DNA of 64,000 bases from a virus (Duplodnaviria > Caudoviricetes): positions 14,613 through 78,612 of the IMG/VR virus record IMGVR_UViG_3300032038_000052; one strand, written 5' to 3'. The notes under the pieces were generated by a model. The model saw only the letters and a program-made list of their open reading frames with translations, searched no databases and had not been told where the DNA came from. Shown piece by piece: positions 46,809 to 60,149 of this stretch. How positions within the stretch are numbered: the stretch's first letter is position 1; each line of letters starts with the position of its first letter. Position numbers and translations under genes: made by a program.

Positions 46809-49800
46809 ATGAGTGTATTAGCAATGGGTTCAGTATCAGTAATTGATATTAATGATGGTGTGGGAATATCTTCTTCTGTTGTTGAATATTGTGTTTCTGA
46901 CTCTGGCACTACACCGCCTGGTAACCCTTTAACTGATGGAAGCGGTAATCCGATTATATCAAATAACGGGTATGTATTAACTGATGGCTCATGGTCTGCT
47001 ACTCTCCCAACTGTTCCAGAAGGTTATTACCTTTGGACAAGAACACGTCTGGTAATGTCGGACGGAACATTTGACATGATATACACTGTATCTCGTGCGG
47101 GTGAGGACGGAGCGACTGGGGCCACAGGCGTATCAGTAGTCAACGTCATCCCCGAATACCGCCTCTCAGACTCTAGTAGTTCTATGACTGGATCTGGCAC
47201 AGGATATACTTGGTCAACAACCAAACCGAAGGTAGCCTCCGGGCAATACATCTGGGAGCGTCAGCGCAACTAGTTATCAGATGGCTCGACCGTATACTCG
47301 GATGCCGTCTGTGACATTACGATGTCCGGGTTAGTATTTGATGTTAACGAGAACAAAAAGGTAATCACTCAGAAAGTCTGGTCAACTGATATTACTACGT
47401 CTCTGAGTCAATACGACAGTTCTACCGTGTAGTCAATCCGTGATGATGTGACGGAATTAAACACTGACCTCACTGGCATCACTACCCGTGTCGGAACAGT
47501 TGAAACCAATCTTGAAACCAAGGCGGATGGCTCAACGGTAACGACTTTACAAAATGACTACTCCGCTTTTAAACAGACGATGTCCGGGTTTAAGACAACA
47601 GTCGAATCAACATATGCTCAGCTGTCAGACATTGATGGGTTAAAAGTCAGCGGTGAGAACTTATATGTAATCAAGGATTCCGTAACAGGATATCTTCATG
47701 CGACTAGCGGTGCAATATCCGCACAAAGCTCAACGTATAAGGAGTATACGTCTGCATATATTCCAGTTTCTCCAGGTAAGACGTATATCATCCAATCGTG
47801 GGCAACACCTACCACTACTGGCGGGTCATGGCTTGCGTACCAGTTCTTTACAAGCGAATCAACAGACGGCAAAATCGGGTCAAGAACAGCCAAATACGGT
47901 AGTGATTCAGGCTCCGGCGTGGAAACAACCGCCGAGGGAATGGAACGCTTGACGTATAAGGTAGTAGCCCCTGATACTGCTCAGCACCTCAGGGTATCCT
48001 CCCGGTTATTCGAAGACGGATACGTCATGGTGGAACAAGCTACTATGGCATCTGAGTATGCTATTTCGTACAAGGACGTTGAAGACTATGCGGATACTAA
48101 AATTTCCGCTGTTCGTACAATTGCCGAGCAAAACGCTGACAAGTTTTCATGGATTGTGCAAGACGGAAGTACTCAGTCAAATGTTCAATACACGGCTAAT
48201 GCGTTAACAGCTATGGCGGATTAGATTGATTTGACTGGTAAAGTCTCGTTCAGTTCGTTTGACACGGATACGCAGAATGCTATCACGTCCGAGACTGAGT
48301 TGATTATTGGTACTCAGACCTCCTCGACGAGTGCATGGACAGGTACGTCAACAAAGTTGCGGGAAATCTCTGTCGGCACACGAATCTCGTATAAATTGCC
48401 GTATGCTTCTACTAGCTCGGCGGTAACCCTGAATTTGACGCTCAACACAGAACTCACAACTGGTGCGAAGGAAGTTTATTACCTCAACACGACACGTCTG
48501 TCAAATCAGTACGCTGTCAACTCGATCATTCAGCTTATTTATGACGGCTCTGCATGGCGAGTCCTTAACCCGTATTCCGATGCGAATACCTACGACAGGA
48601 CACGTTATCAACAGGCAATCAAAGCTGGAACTCCTGCGATTGTTGCGGGAAATATCATTGTCGCCGGGGCTAATAATGCGGGAACATATACGCATTTGAA
48701 ACTCGGCAATGCTTTTGACACAAGCTACCCGATTTTATACGCTGAGAGTGCGATCAGTGCGGGCAGCACAGGAACTAATAACTATCTCATTTACCCGGTG
48801 AATATTACGAATACTCAAAGTGGCACGTACACGGCGTATAGAGCGGTGTATATCAAGGGAACACTCTCAGGGACGACATTTACCCCTGTGAGCACGACCC
48901 CGTTAACGCAAACTGTCCCGACAACTGATGACGGGTATTACTATATTCTGCTCGGAACAACGTATAGCACGACTGGAATGTATTTGCTCGGTCAGCATGA
49001 AATCTTCCGTTATTACAACGATGGATTTAAGACGGTGTCTCAGATAGCGGCCGAAGCTGCGGTTGCGGCGGAGAATGCTCAGAGTGCTGCGGATGCGGCT
49101 CAGAATGCGATCGATACTAACACCGAGACAATTATCGGCACACAAACATCAAACACGTATTATTTCACTGGTACTGCTGAACACATTACCGAGTTAACGA
49201 ATGGGTTAACTATTCAGTACTTGCAACCACGGAGTGTCGGCGGTTCTCAGGTCGGTGCGACGTACACTACCATCTCAAGCGGTGCAACAACAAATACTAA
49301 CGGTGCGGTTCTTAACCTGACTCTCGCAGACGGAACTCAAACTGGGGACATCCCGATTTGGTATCAAGGCGTTGGCAGATTAACATCGCATTTTGGTTAT
49401 GGTTCGTCATACCGATTGACGTATTTTGAAAACTTGGAAGTCGGCGGATCATATCGTGCTACTGGATGGTGGGTCGATGCTCAGTATAACTCTGATACCG
49501 TAGATAACAGAATCGTCTATTTCACAGGCAAAACTGGTGCTATTGGTATCTGGGCTGGTTCACTGTTTATGCGTGATTCGGCGGGAACGTATCAAAATAT
49601 TTGTACTGCGTCTGACGGAACAGCTACAAGTGCTTCGTCTGGTAACGGTGCTAGAACAACAGCAACCACAAAACTGGCAAATACTAACGGATTCGAAGTC
49701 GGGTCTCCTATCTGGTACACTTCGACTTCTTATAACGCAAACACAAATATAACAGGAACAAATGTTATCTTTTCTTCGATGGGTAACGTATTTGATTCAC

Positions 49801-52800
49801 GGTATGCTTTTAACACAACGCTGACAGCTAATAACCTCACGCCGTACGCAAATTTGTATCTAGTCGGAACGGTTAATTCAACCGACGGGCTGTTTTATCT
49901 GGACTCGACTTGGTGGACACAGGCAGCTACCGACACTTCGAAAGTGTACGTCTTAGTCGGCGGTGTATATGACAGTTCAACCTCTTATAGTAGAATAACA
50001 CTTTATGAGGATAACAAGTGGCTTGTCTATAAAGATGGTAAACTTCAAGAGTATAACAAGGTATTAGCGAATAACGCTTAGTCAACTGCTGACACGGCAG
50101 ATAATACTGCTAATACAGCTAAAAATACCGCTAACACAGCCCTTAACGGATTAAAAGCTTTCACAGGCACATCCAGCACAGCTACAGGAACAGCGGCGAA
50201 GGTTGTGTCCTGCTCTGACAGCACATTTGCGTTAACTAACGGTGTGACTATCACGGTCACATTCTCAACGGCTAATACCGCCGAAGCTCCGACGTTGAAT
50301 GTTAATTCTCTAGGGGCAAAGGCAATTTATTTTGACAATGCAGTAGCATCTGCTAACAATAGATTTCACTGGCAAGCCGGGTCTGTTATTACGTTCCAAT
50401 ACAATGGAACTTACTGGGTAGTACTTAATTATGAGAATCTTGAATACTTTACAAGTTCAACAGCTGCTGGGACTGCGGCGAAAGTAAATGCATCAGTAAC
50501 TGGTACATTTGTTTTATGTAAAGGTACTACTATTAACGTGTATTTCAGCACAGCCAATACGGCGGCGGCTCCGACTCTTAACATAGGTGGAACAGGGGCA
50601 TATGCTGTTTATTATAAGAATGCGGTGACTAGTTCCTCGAACACCTTCACTTGGGATGCGGGGGCTACGCTCACATTCACATACAACGGCTCGTATTGGT
50701 ATGTTAACGATGGCGGGTCGCTGTTAGTAAAGAACTACGCCAAAACCGCCGTTGACTGGGTATCCACGAATGGCTCGACAGTCGTAACGGCTGCGGGCAT
50801 CATGAAGACTTGGACAGGTGACGCAACGCTCGGAACAACAACAATCGATGGCGGGTACATTAAGACTAACACAATCGAATCTCAGCATCTTGCGACCGAT
50901 GCGATTATGTCGAATAACTTCCAGGCTATCTCCGGCTCTGTATTTTCTTCGGCGGGATCGTATCTCGACTTATCCAACGGTAACTTCTATACTCCGAATT
51001 TCGGGGTGTCGGCGGCCGCTGGCTCTCAGGGTGCGTATATTAATGGCGATGTCGTGGCAACGTCTGGTACAATCGGCAGTAACGCTACGAATTACTGGGA
51101 AATCGGTAACGTGTATGATTATAACGCTGTCGAATCCGCCGCTATCATTGGACACGGAACCTCGTATATACAGTCTGGTAATTGGCAGCTGAGTAACAAT
51201 AGGTTAAATACTCAGTACTATTCCACTACTGCTGCTTCATCTGGTAATCTTAAGTATTATAAAGATACTGGGACAAATACATTCTATGATGTCGGCGTTC
51301 AAATCCCAACAGACTTCACAACGACTGCTCCTAGCAATGTAGCTGGACGGTTTGCAAAGTCATTCTTTTACGGAAGAAAATACACGGGTTCGACTGCTCC
51401 GACTCTGGACGGTAACTGGACGTACTTCTATCTCGTTGATACGTCTGGAAACATGTACCTTGCCGGGGATGTGTATGAAGGTGGCACGAAGCTATCCGAC
51501 AAATACGCTCTTAAGACAGATGTTGGTTCGACATATCTTCCAACTGCTGGTGGTACTGTAACTGGCAATCTAACAGTTAATGGCGAAACTAACTTAAAGG
51601 GCAAAGTTACTACCACTCTTCAAATCCGTACAAACCTCGGTTCAACTTCTGCTGCGACATTCACTGGTGCTGCTTCTGCTATTGTTGCTCCTGGTGTTAC
51701 TGGTACTCTTGGAGTCGGTAATGGTGGAACAGGGAAAGCCTCTTGGACACAATGGGGTATAGTTTATGCGTCTGCCACAAATGCACTTGCACAGGTCGGG
51801 GCTGGAACTTCTGGACAAATCCTTAAGAGTAACGGAAGTGCCGCTCCTGGGTGGATTAATTAGTCGGCTATCGCAGCTGGATCTGCTATAAATGATGCTG
51901 ATGGTAATGCGATTAAAACGACTTATAGAAAGTTAGCTAATAACGATTTTGATGCTATCAATGTTACTGATCTAAACGCTGGTAATCTAGTTGTTACTGG
52001 TGGTGCAACATTTACTAATGGTTTGAGTGGTAATTTGACTGGAGATGTAACTGGTAATGTTACTGGTGATGTAACAGGGAATGTTACTGGAAGTTCAACG
52101 AAAGTTTTGGATTCTGGAAATAGTACTGCGACTACATTCGCATATTCCAAAGCTGGATTAACAACAGCATCATGGATAGCAGTTTGGAATAATTATGAAC
52201 TTCGGGCTATGAGTCCGGCGAATCTCAAAACAACAATTGGGCTTGGAAATGTTGATAATACGGCAGATGCTAATAAAAATGTTGCAACAGCGGCGAAGTT
52301 TACATCTGCTCAGTCGGTAACACTTACTGGGGATACTACTGGTACGGCGAGTTCACAGGCTGGGTGGTCGATTGCTACAAAAACTGATCGATTAAGCACG
52401 GTCGGTGATAATCGTGCGGTCGCCACTACTCCGAATGACTATTCAAACAAAATTATATTCCAAGGGTTAAAGACAAACAGTTCGTTTGGGTCTCCATCAA
52501 CTGATACGTATTCATATGTTGTTGGATTACGTGGTTGGGGTGATTCATCTGGTGGAGATTCGCATGAATTAGCATTTAATAATAGTGGTATATTCCGACG
52601 TTCTGGTGCAACTACAGCTTGGGGCAATTGGTATAAGCTATTAGACTCTGGAAACTATACTGACTACACCGTTACTAAGACTGGTACTGGCGCAAGCGGG
52701 ACATGGGGAATCAGTATTACTGGAAATGCTGCAACAGCGACGACAGCATCTAAGATTTCTGGAATAGCTGGAACAGTAAATGCAAACAGACATATATGGT

Positions 52801-55800
52801 TTTCCGATAGCAAATATGAAGATGCTAGAAATTATGATGATGATTTTATGTATAATCCATCAACTAATACTTTAACAGTAGCGAATATTTCTGGTAATGC
52901 AGCTACTGCGACATCTGCAACGAATGACGGTGATGGCAACAATATTTCTACGACTTATGTTAAAAAATCTGGGGATACAATGACTGGCAATTTGACCGTG
53001 TCTAATACTGCCCCAGTTCTAACGATTAATAATACTGGCACTGGTACTTCGACATTAATTCTCAAGAGATCTGGAAGCAATTGTGCCGATTGGCAATTTG
53101 TTAATACTTCTGGAGTTCTCAAAATACAAAATAATTACACTAATGCAGAGGGTAGTTATTTTGATGTATTATCATTAACATATAATACTGGCAACGCAAC
53201 TTTTAAGGGGTCTGTAACGGCTTCATCATTTATTGGTAATGCTTCTACTGCTACTACCGCAGGGTCTTTAACTACTGGTCGTGATTTTACAATTGGGAAA
53301 ACTACAAAAACCGCAGTAAAGTGGGATGGTGCGGTTGCGTTTACTCAAGCAGAAATTTCTGATTGTGCTTCTAATTCAGCAAACGGTTGGATGAGTAAGG
53401 ATGATAAGGCGAAGCTTGATTCAATTACTGTCTCTGACATCGGTCGTGTATCTGCTGATACTATCGAAGGCGTTACGAATGGTGGTATCAATGTAACTAT
53501 CACTAGCGGTGTTGCGAAGCTTAAGCATACTAATCAGCTTTCTGCAGCTGGAACTGCTTAGGGAACAGCGAATGGGACAACCCTCACAAACGGTGGGACG
53601 TTTACTATTCCGAAGATAACGTATGACATTAATGGTCATATAACTGGCGCTTCGACTAACACACTGACGCTTCCGAGTATTACGAGCATCACTGGTAACG
53701 CAGCGACAGCGACGAAATTTAGTAGCACGAGAAAAATCGAATTAACTGGTGATGTCACTGGTTCTGCGACTACGGATGGTTCAAGTGGATGGTCAATCGC
53801 TACAACCGTTGCGGACAATTCGCACACTCACACTGTTAACAATATTACATTTGGAGGTAGTGCGGTTACGGCAAATCTCGATCCAATCACTCAAGCATAC
53901 ATAGGAAGTGCTGCATCAAATAAGAGCTTCGGGCTTCCTGCTTCTGCTATTACTATTCAGTATAGTACCGATGGCGGCTCGACATGGACGGATTACGGCG
54001 CAACGGATGCATAGAAAGTAGGCTTGTTTGCTGAGACAAGAGGGACATCTTTTGTCCTTGGTAAATCCTCATCTGTATCCACAAATACTGTGAATAATCA
54101 ACTTCGAATAACCATTATACCAACTGATAGATACGTGACATTTAGTGGCATTTACGTGTGGTTTTCCACTGCTGGTAACACTTGTGTAATGGATTTGGAT
54201 TGCTCAACTATCGGGGCAAAAGATACGTATACGAATATATTCACAGGGCAAAGCGTTAGCGGCTGGAGTGGTAATAATATTAGATACTTTTCACAAAGAA
54301 CTTTCGGAGGCGGATCAACGCAAACTAGCAATGCTTATGGATATCGAATTACTTTCCGATAGACTGCGGTAAGTACAACATATAATTCTGCTAGTGTCAG
54401 TGATATTAGATTTATCGGCACAAATGTCTACAGTTCTCCGAATAATATGGTTTCTAAGAATCATCTATACACTTGGGATACGTCATTTAACGCAACATTT
54501 CCAGCTGAGATTACAGCAACTTAGTTCAATGGAAATGCCACAACTGCCACTACTGCGAATTCTTTATCAGTCGGCGCGGCAATTACTACCGCCGCAAATC
54601 TAGATGCTTTTCTTGAGGCGTTAAAGATTAAAGCAACTATGATTGGTAATGGTGTTACATATTCAGATGGGACATTATCGGCTAATGATGGTAGTGTTAT
54701 ATCCATTGGTTGTTCTAGTACGACTTATGGCAATCAAATTTATTTTGACCCAGACTCAGATAAAATATCCGTGAGAAGAAAGGCTACATCTTGGAAGCCG
54801 TGGATTGATTTAATTCATTCTGGGAATTATACCAATTATACAGTCACTAAGACTGGAACAGGCGCTTCAGGCACATGGGACATCAGTATCTCAGGTAACG
54901 CAGCAACTGCAACCACGGCGACATCCGCTACAACAGCAACCACAGCTACGACAGCAAATAATCTTGCTGGTTTTAAGAACACAACTACCTCTGGTACAGC
55001 AATTGATAGTGCAATCACCAATGGTATTTATTATGTAACTGGTACAACTGATATATATAACATTTCTGATGGAGCAGCGTTTGTCCATGGATATAACTCT
55101 TATTGGGTTGCACAAATTTACTAGGATTACCGTACAGGGCAAATTGCAGTGCGTGGTAAAAATAATGGTACATGGCAAGCTTGGAGAAAAGTACTTGATT
55201 CAACAAATTACAGTTCTTATGCTCTCCCATTGTCTGGCGGAACGATGACTGGGCCAATTAAATGGAATGCTACATCCCTAGTGGAATCTACTGGTTTCAC
55301 ATATCTTGTTGGTATTGATGCTTTTGCATCTGGCGGGCAAATGAAGTGGTCTAGTGCATCTAATGTCACTGTTGGTGCTGCGACTAAGGCAACTCAAGAT
55401 GGAAACGGTGCTACCATCTCAACTACTTATGCTAAACTGTCGGGAGCTACATTTACTGGTGCAGTTAGTGGGACAAGTCTTTCTATGTCGGGGGCTATTT
55501 CATCTGCTACAACGATTACTGCCAATGTGGTTCGTGTTGGAGTATCTGGAACAACATCTGGATCAACCACTGGCGGTCTTTCATTTTATGATTTAACTCC
55601 GTCTAACTATGGTATGGCAATGCGCACAACTTCAAGCGGTGGCAAACACGGATACGTTCAAGGCGATTGGGGTATTTATAGCTACATGTCTGGAGCCACA
55701 ACTAGAGGATTTATCTGGAAAGCGGCAGGAACTAGTGTCGCTTCTATTGATGGACTAGGAGATGCTGCATTCAACGGCGAAGTTGCTATAGGTACAACTG

Positions 55801-55874
55801 GAACAGACATAAGTGGCTCGTGCAGCCTAGTTATGGACAGAACCCTCAATTGCCTAAACTTTGTATTTAATTAA
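46809..55874 (+). CDS. Giant tail fibre / receptor-binding protein; TAG=Gln; ~3,021 aa
   Basis: AGGAGGTG RBS; eight track fragments share a frame and I read the gaps as open except for TAG; collagen-like, coiled-coil, CBM-like and GNAATAT-type modules; ends CLNFVFN-TAA. Confidence 0.85.
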
Positions 55875-55876
55875 CC

Positions 55877-55905
55877 TTGCCCTCCTCTTCACCTCGTGCT
55901 ACAAT
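55877..55905 (+). promoter_or_regulatory. Sigma-A-type promoter with extended -10
   Basis: TTGCCC (55877-55882), 17-nt spacer, TACAAT (55900-55905), with TG at 55897-55898. Confidence 0.6.
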
Positions 55906-55929
55906 CTTTCGGGGAGAGAAGGAGAAGTT

Positions 55930-56022
55930 ATGGATTTAGATGAATACTTATTTTTAGTCTCGGAGATTTTACGAGACAGTGATATAATTGAATATCAAGA
56001 AACTGATGATGGAGAGGAATGA
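55930..56022 (+). CDS. 30-aa highly acidic peptide
   Basis: MDLDEYLFLVSEILRDSDIIEYQETDDGEE; AAGGAG RBS; has its own promoter and terminator. Confidence 0.5.
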   Translation: MDLDEYLFLVSEILRDSDIIEYQETDDGEE

Positions 56023-56040
56023 TGCCTCTCCTTTTTATTT
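56011..56040 (+). terminator. Rho-independent terminator
   Basis: GGAGAGG / CCTCTCC followed by TTTTTATTT. Confidence 0.7.
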
Positions 56041-56098
56041 GGGAAGGGCGAGGTTCGACTCCTCACTCTTCTATTTTTATTTTTAAGGAGGTGAAAGG

Positions 56099-58342
56099 AT
56101 GGCTTTACAGGTTTGGTTACCGCTGAATGGGAATTTAAATAATCAAGGATTATCAAATTATCAAGTTACGAATACTAATGCGATAATAAACACTAATGGT
56201 AAAATTGGGGAATGTTATCAATTTGGGACTGGCCGAAGTTATTTAGAATTACCAAAAGAATGTATGCGAAATTTATCCACAGAATGTACAGTGTCATTTT
56301 GGATTAAATTTATAACAAGAAATTCAAGTTATGAAACATACTTTTAGGCTGGTCTTGGTGGCTCTGCATGGAATGATTATGTATTTGGATTATTACGAAA
56401 CAGTAATGGTAATAGTTGTTGTTTTACTATTAGTAATGGGTCTTCTGCTTCCAATGCTAGTTATACGACACCAAATTTAACAGAATTAAATACTTGGTAT
56501 CATATAACACTAGTATATAAAACTGGTCATTGTTTAGTATATATAAATGGAGAATTGTATTAGGATTACACAACTACTATAATTCCAGCATTTGATAAAA
56601 TTACTACAATTACAATAGGATGCAGTAATACTAAAACAACATATCAAACAAATTGTTTAATAAATGATTTCCGAATATATGATGAAGCCCTCTCTCCTCG
56701 TGAAATTAAAGAGATATCCAAAGGGTTGGTATTACACTATCCGCTTAATAGAGAAGGGTTTGGAGTAGACAATATTTGCAAAAACAAAGATGTGAATTTA
56801 TCTGGCAGTGATTATGGGTCATATAATACACGTTCTTATGACTTAGAAACACATATTGGAAAAATACAAGTTACAGATACAAGTCATGCCTGGAATGCAT
56901 GGAGGTTTGGATCCACCGATTTAGATATCACATGCCAAGAATTAACTACTGGAACAAATACATATACTGTATCTGTTGACATAAGAGTAACAAATTATAC
57001 TACTGGGACAATTGGATATGGATTTGATTTTCGAACAAATAATCAAGTATCTGTTAGAGCCTCATCCGTTCTTACAACAGAACAATGTGATGGTAATTGG
57101 CATAGAGTATCTGCTACATTAACTACAAATAATTCACAAAACAATCAATGTTTGTGGAGCATGGGGTCTAGTGGAACCGCACATGGTTCGCAAACAACAA
57201 TAGAATATAAAAACTGGAAGTTGGAAAGAGGAAGCAAAGCAACGCCTTGGATACCGTATAAAACAGATAGCTTATATCATGTTATGGGACTAGATGATGG
57301 GACAACCAATTTATTGCCAGCGAATAGGCAAAACTTCAATTGTCAAAATAGTGATGGTATGAGTTACACTTATACTACATCTCAACATGGTACATATACA
57401 TTAAGTGGTTATTTAACAAGAAATGCCTCTGATGGCAATTGGGTAAACCCAAGAATAACAATATATGCTCGGTATAGTAGTGGTTCAGATACATTGGTTT
57501 AGGATTGGGATCATTTAGTAGCAGATGGTAAGGAACGCTATTTTGAAATAAGTGTAACAACCGATTCCAACAGAACATTAACTAGTATTGGTGGGTGGAT
57601 TTTAGACCACAGTGGAGGAACTACTGGGTCGAAGAACACAATAGGTAGACATATTTAGTTGGAACTTAAGGATCATGCAACATTATACACTCCAACGTCT
57701 AGAGACTTTATTTTTTATGATGTTTCTGGCCATGGATATAATGGATCGGCGATTGGTGTTTTTACGTACAGTGGAGATACCCCAAGATATCAAGTATCAA
57801 CCGTATTTAATGGCATAGACAATGGAATACTCATTGAAAATCTTCCGTTATCTAATATCATTAATGCTGCCGTTACTTATTCGTTTTGGATTAAGCCATC
57901 TAGTGAAAATGGGGCAAGATCTGTTTATTTTGGTAGTTATAGTGCCATTTCTTGGAGTATTGAAAAAACAGCTGGCAATATAATTCGAGGTTACTGGAAT
58001 GGTAGTCCAGACGTAGGCTATAGCGGTGCGACTATTACTGATGGTATTTGGTAGCATGTGTGTATTACAAAAAACGGCACATCTGATATAAAGGTTTATA
58101 TTGATGGAGTATTAAAAGCAACATCTACCGCAGCTCATAGTGCTCTTACATTCCCCACAACATATAGAATTGGAAGAGATGTTAGGTCTAACGATGGAAC
58201 TCCATATAAAGGACTTATGTCTGATTTTCGTATTTATGCAACCGCTCTATCGGCTGATGATGTTATGGAATTATACCATACTCCCATTACGCTTTCAAAC
58301 AACGGTACTTTCCTAACACAAGGCGAGTATGTGGAGGTGTAA
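56099..58342 (+). CDS. LamG/concanavalin-A-like lectin domain protein (two LamG plus CBM-like modules); TAG=Gln; 747 aa
   Basis: WYHITLVY...LVYINGE...INDFRIYDEALS and WQHVCITK...SDFRIYATALS motifs; KLERGSKATPWIP. Confidence 0.85.
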
Positions 58343-58343
58343 T

Positions 58344-60149
58344 ATGGGATTAGTATATTGGGCACCTTGTCTGGGCGAATTAAAAAATCAAGGATTATCC
58401 ACGGCATAGTCAACATCCACATTATTTTCAACAGACGCAAACGGAAAAATTGGCAAGTGTATTAAAGTTACAGGTGCTATTGATTCTGGATTGCTAGGAA
58501 CTTAGTGGGACATAAATGAAAATAGCATCACAATGATGGGATGGTTCAAATTTCCAGAAAGCGAAATTAGATCTATCGTTAACGGATATACAACCTGGGA
58601 TTCTACTCATCCAAATATGCTATGTTTGTTATTAGGTAATAATAGTTATGGCGGTTTATCATTGCATTTGGTAACTAATAATATCTATTCTAGTGGAACC
58701 ATTGGTACGTTTACGAATCTAAATGTAATGGCATCGATTAGATCTGGATCAAGTTTAGTAAGAACATCAGTATCTTCCATTCCTTTTGATAAATGGGTAC
58801 ACATAGCAGGCGTATTTGATATAAATACAAAAGTGGAAAAAATATATATTAATGGAACGTTATAGAAAACAAATTCTATTGTAAATCCTCTTGCTAATGA
58901 TATTCCGATGAGAAATTTTTATATTTGTAACAATCAAGTAGACGGAGGAAATGGACCAGCGAAGTATTTTCCGTTTTATTGTAATGATATAAGGGTTTAT
59001 ACAGAAGCGCTTAAAGATGAATAGATTAGAAAGATTTCATAGGGGATAGTTCTTCATTACCCATTAAGCAATCGAGGGTTTGGTGGAGACAATTTGTTAA
59101 CAAATACTGATTTTAATGGTGTTTCAAAAAAATACACATTAAACTCAGGTAGTGAAGGTGGTCTTTGGTTCCCACCGACTTCATGGGAAAGAAATACAGA
59201 ATATACTGTAAGTTGTAGACTAAGAGGCAATGCAAACATGAATTTATACCTAATTAGTTCTAGTGGTAATTAGGCATTATTATGGGTAAATAGAGGAGAT
59301 TTATCGACTACTGATTATAGATTTTTTAGCATTACATTTACATCAAAAAGCGATAGAGATGTGTCGAATTTATATATATGTACTCGTTATGGAACAAGCA
59401 ATTCGAGCGTTGGCGATTGGTTCGAAATAGCACCAAATAGCTTAAAATTTGAAAAGGGTTCTACTGCTACTCCTTGGATACCAAACTCATCTGATGCACT
59501 CTACTCTTCTCTTCAACTTGGTTCTACCGCAGAACTTGATTGCTCTGGGTACTAGTATAATGGAACGAAAAATGGAACGTTTGTTAATGCCGAATCTCCA
59601 ATCAATTAGGGGTGTTATGTCTTTAACGGAACAGATTCTTGGATACGAACAACTGCTAATACATAGCATATTGGAACTGGCGATTTTACAATTTCTGCAT
59701 GGATTAATCTAGAGGCTTCAAATAAAACTTATTAGCCTGTGATTTCGAACAAGACAACTGGTGCGGCTAGTGTGGGTTGTGCAATATATTTTAACCATAG
59801 TCAAAATAAGTTTTTGTGGTCAACCGCTGATGGCTCTGGGGCTACAGAAGTTTGGACAGCCAATATATTTTCAGATATATATGATAAATGGACGCATGTA
59901 GTAATGGTGAGAAATTTCTCAGATGCTAAAAAGGGATATTTTTATATCAATGGAGTTAGATAGGAACTCGCATCAGTTCCGGCAATTCGAAATATTTCTA
60001 CAACACATGAGCTTGTTATTGGTGCTTTATATACGGATCATGTGAACTACAGATGGACGGGGAAGATATCCGATGTAAGAATGTACGCTACTGCACTAAG
60101 TGAGGATGCAATTAAAGAATTATATATGATGGGAGGTGGCGTTGTATGA
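58344..60149 (+). CDS. LamG/concanavalin-A-like lectin domain protein, paralogue of the upstream gene; TAG=Gln; 601 aa
   Basis: WVHIAGVFD...IYINGT...NDIRVYTEAL; KFEKGSTATPWIP; SDVRMYATALS. Confidence 0.85.

Noticed and set aside
46778-46846. Short ORF starting at ATG 46778
   Set aside because: Only 22 codons, and it overlaps the RBS and start of the fibre gene.
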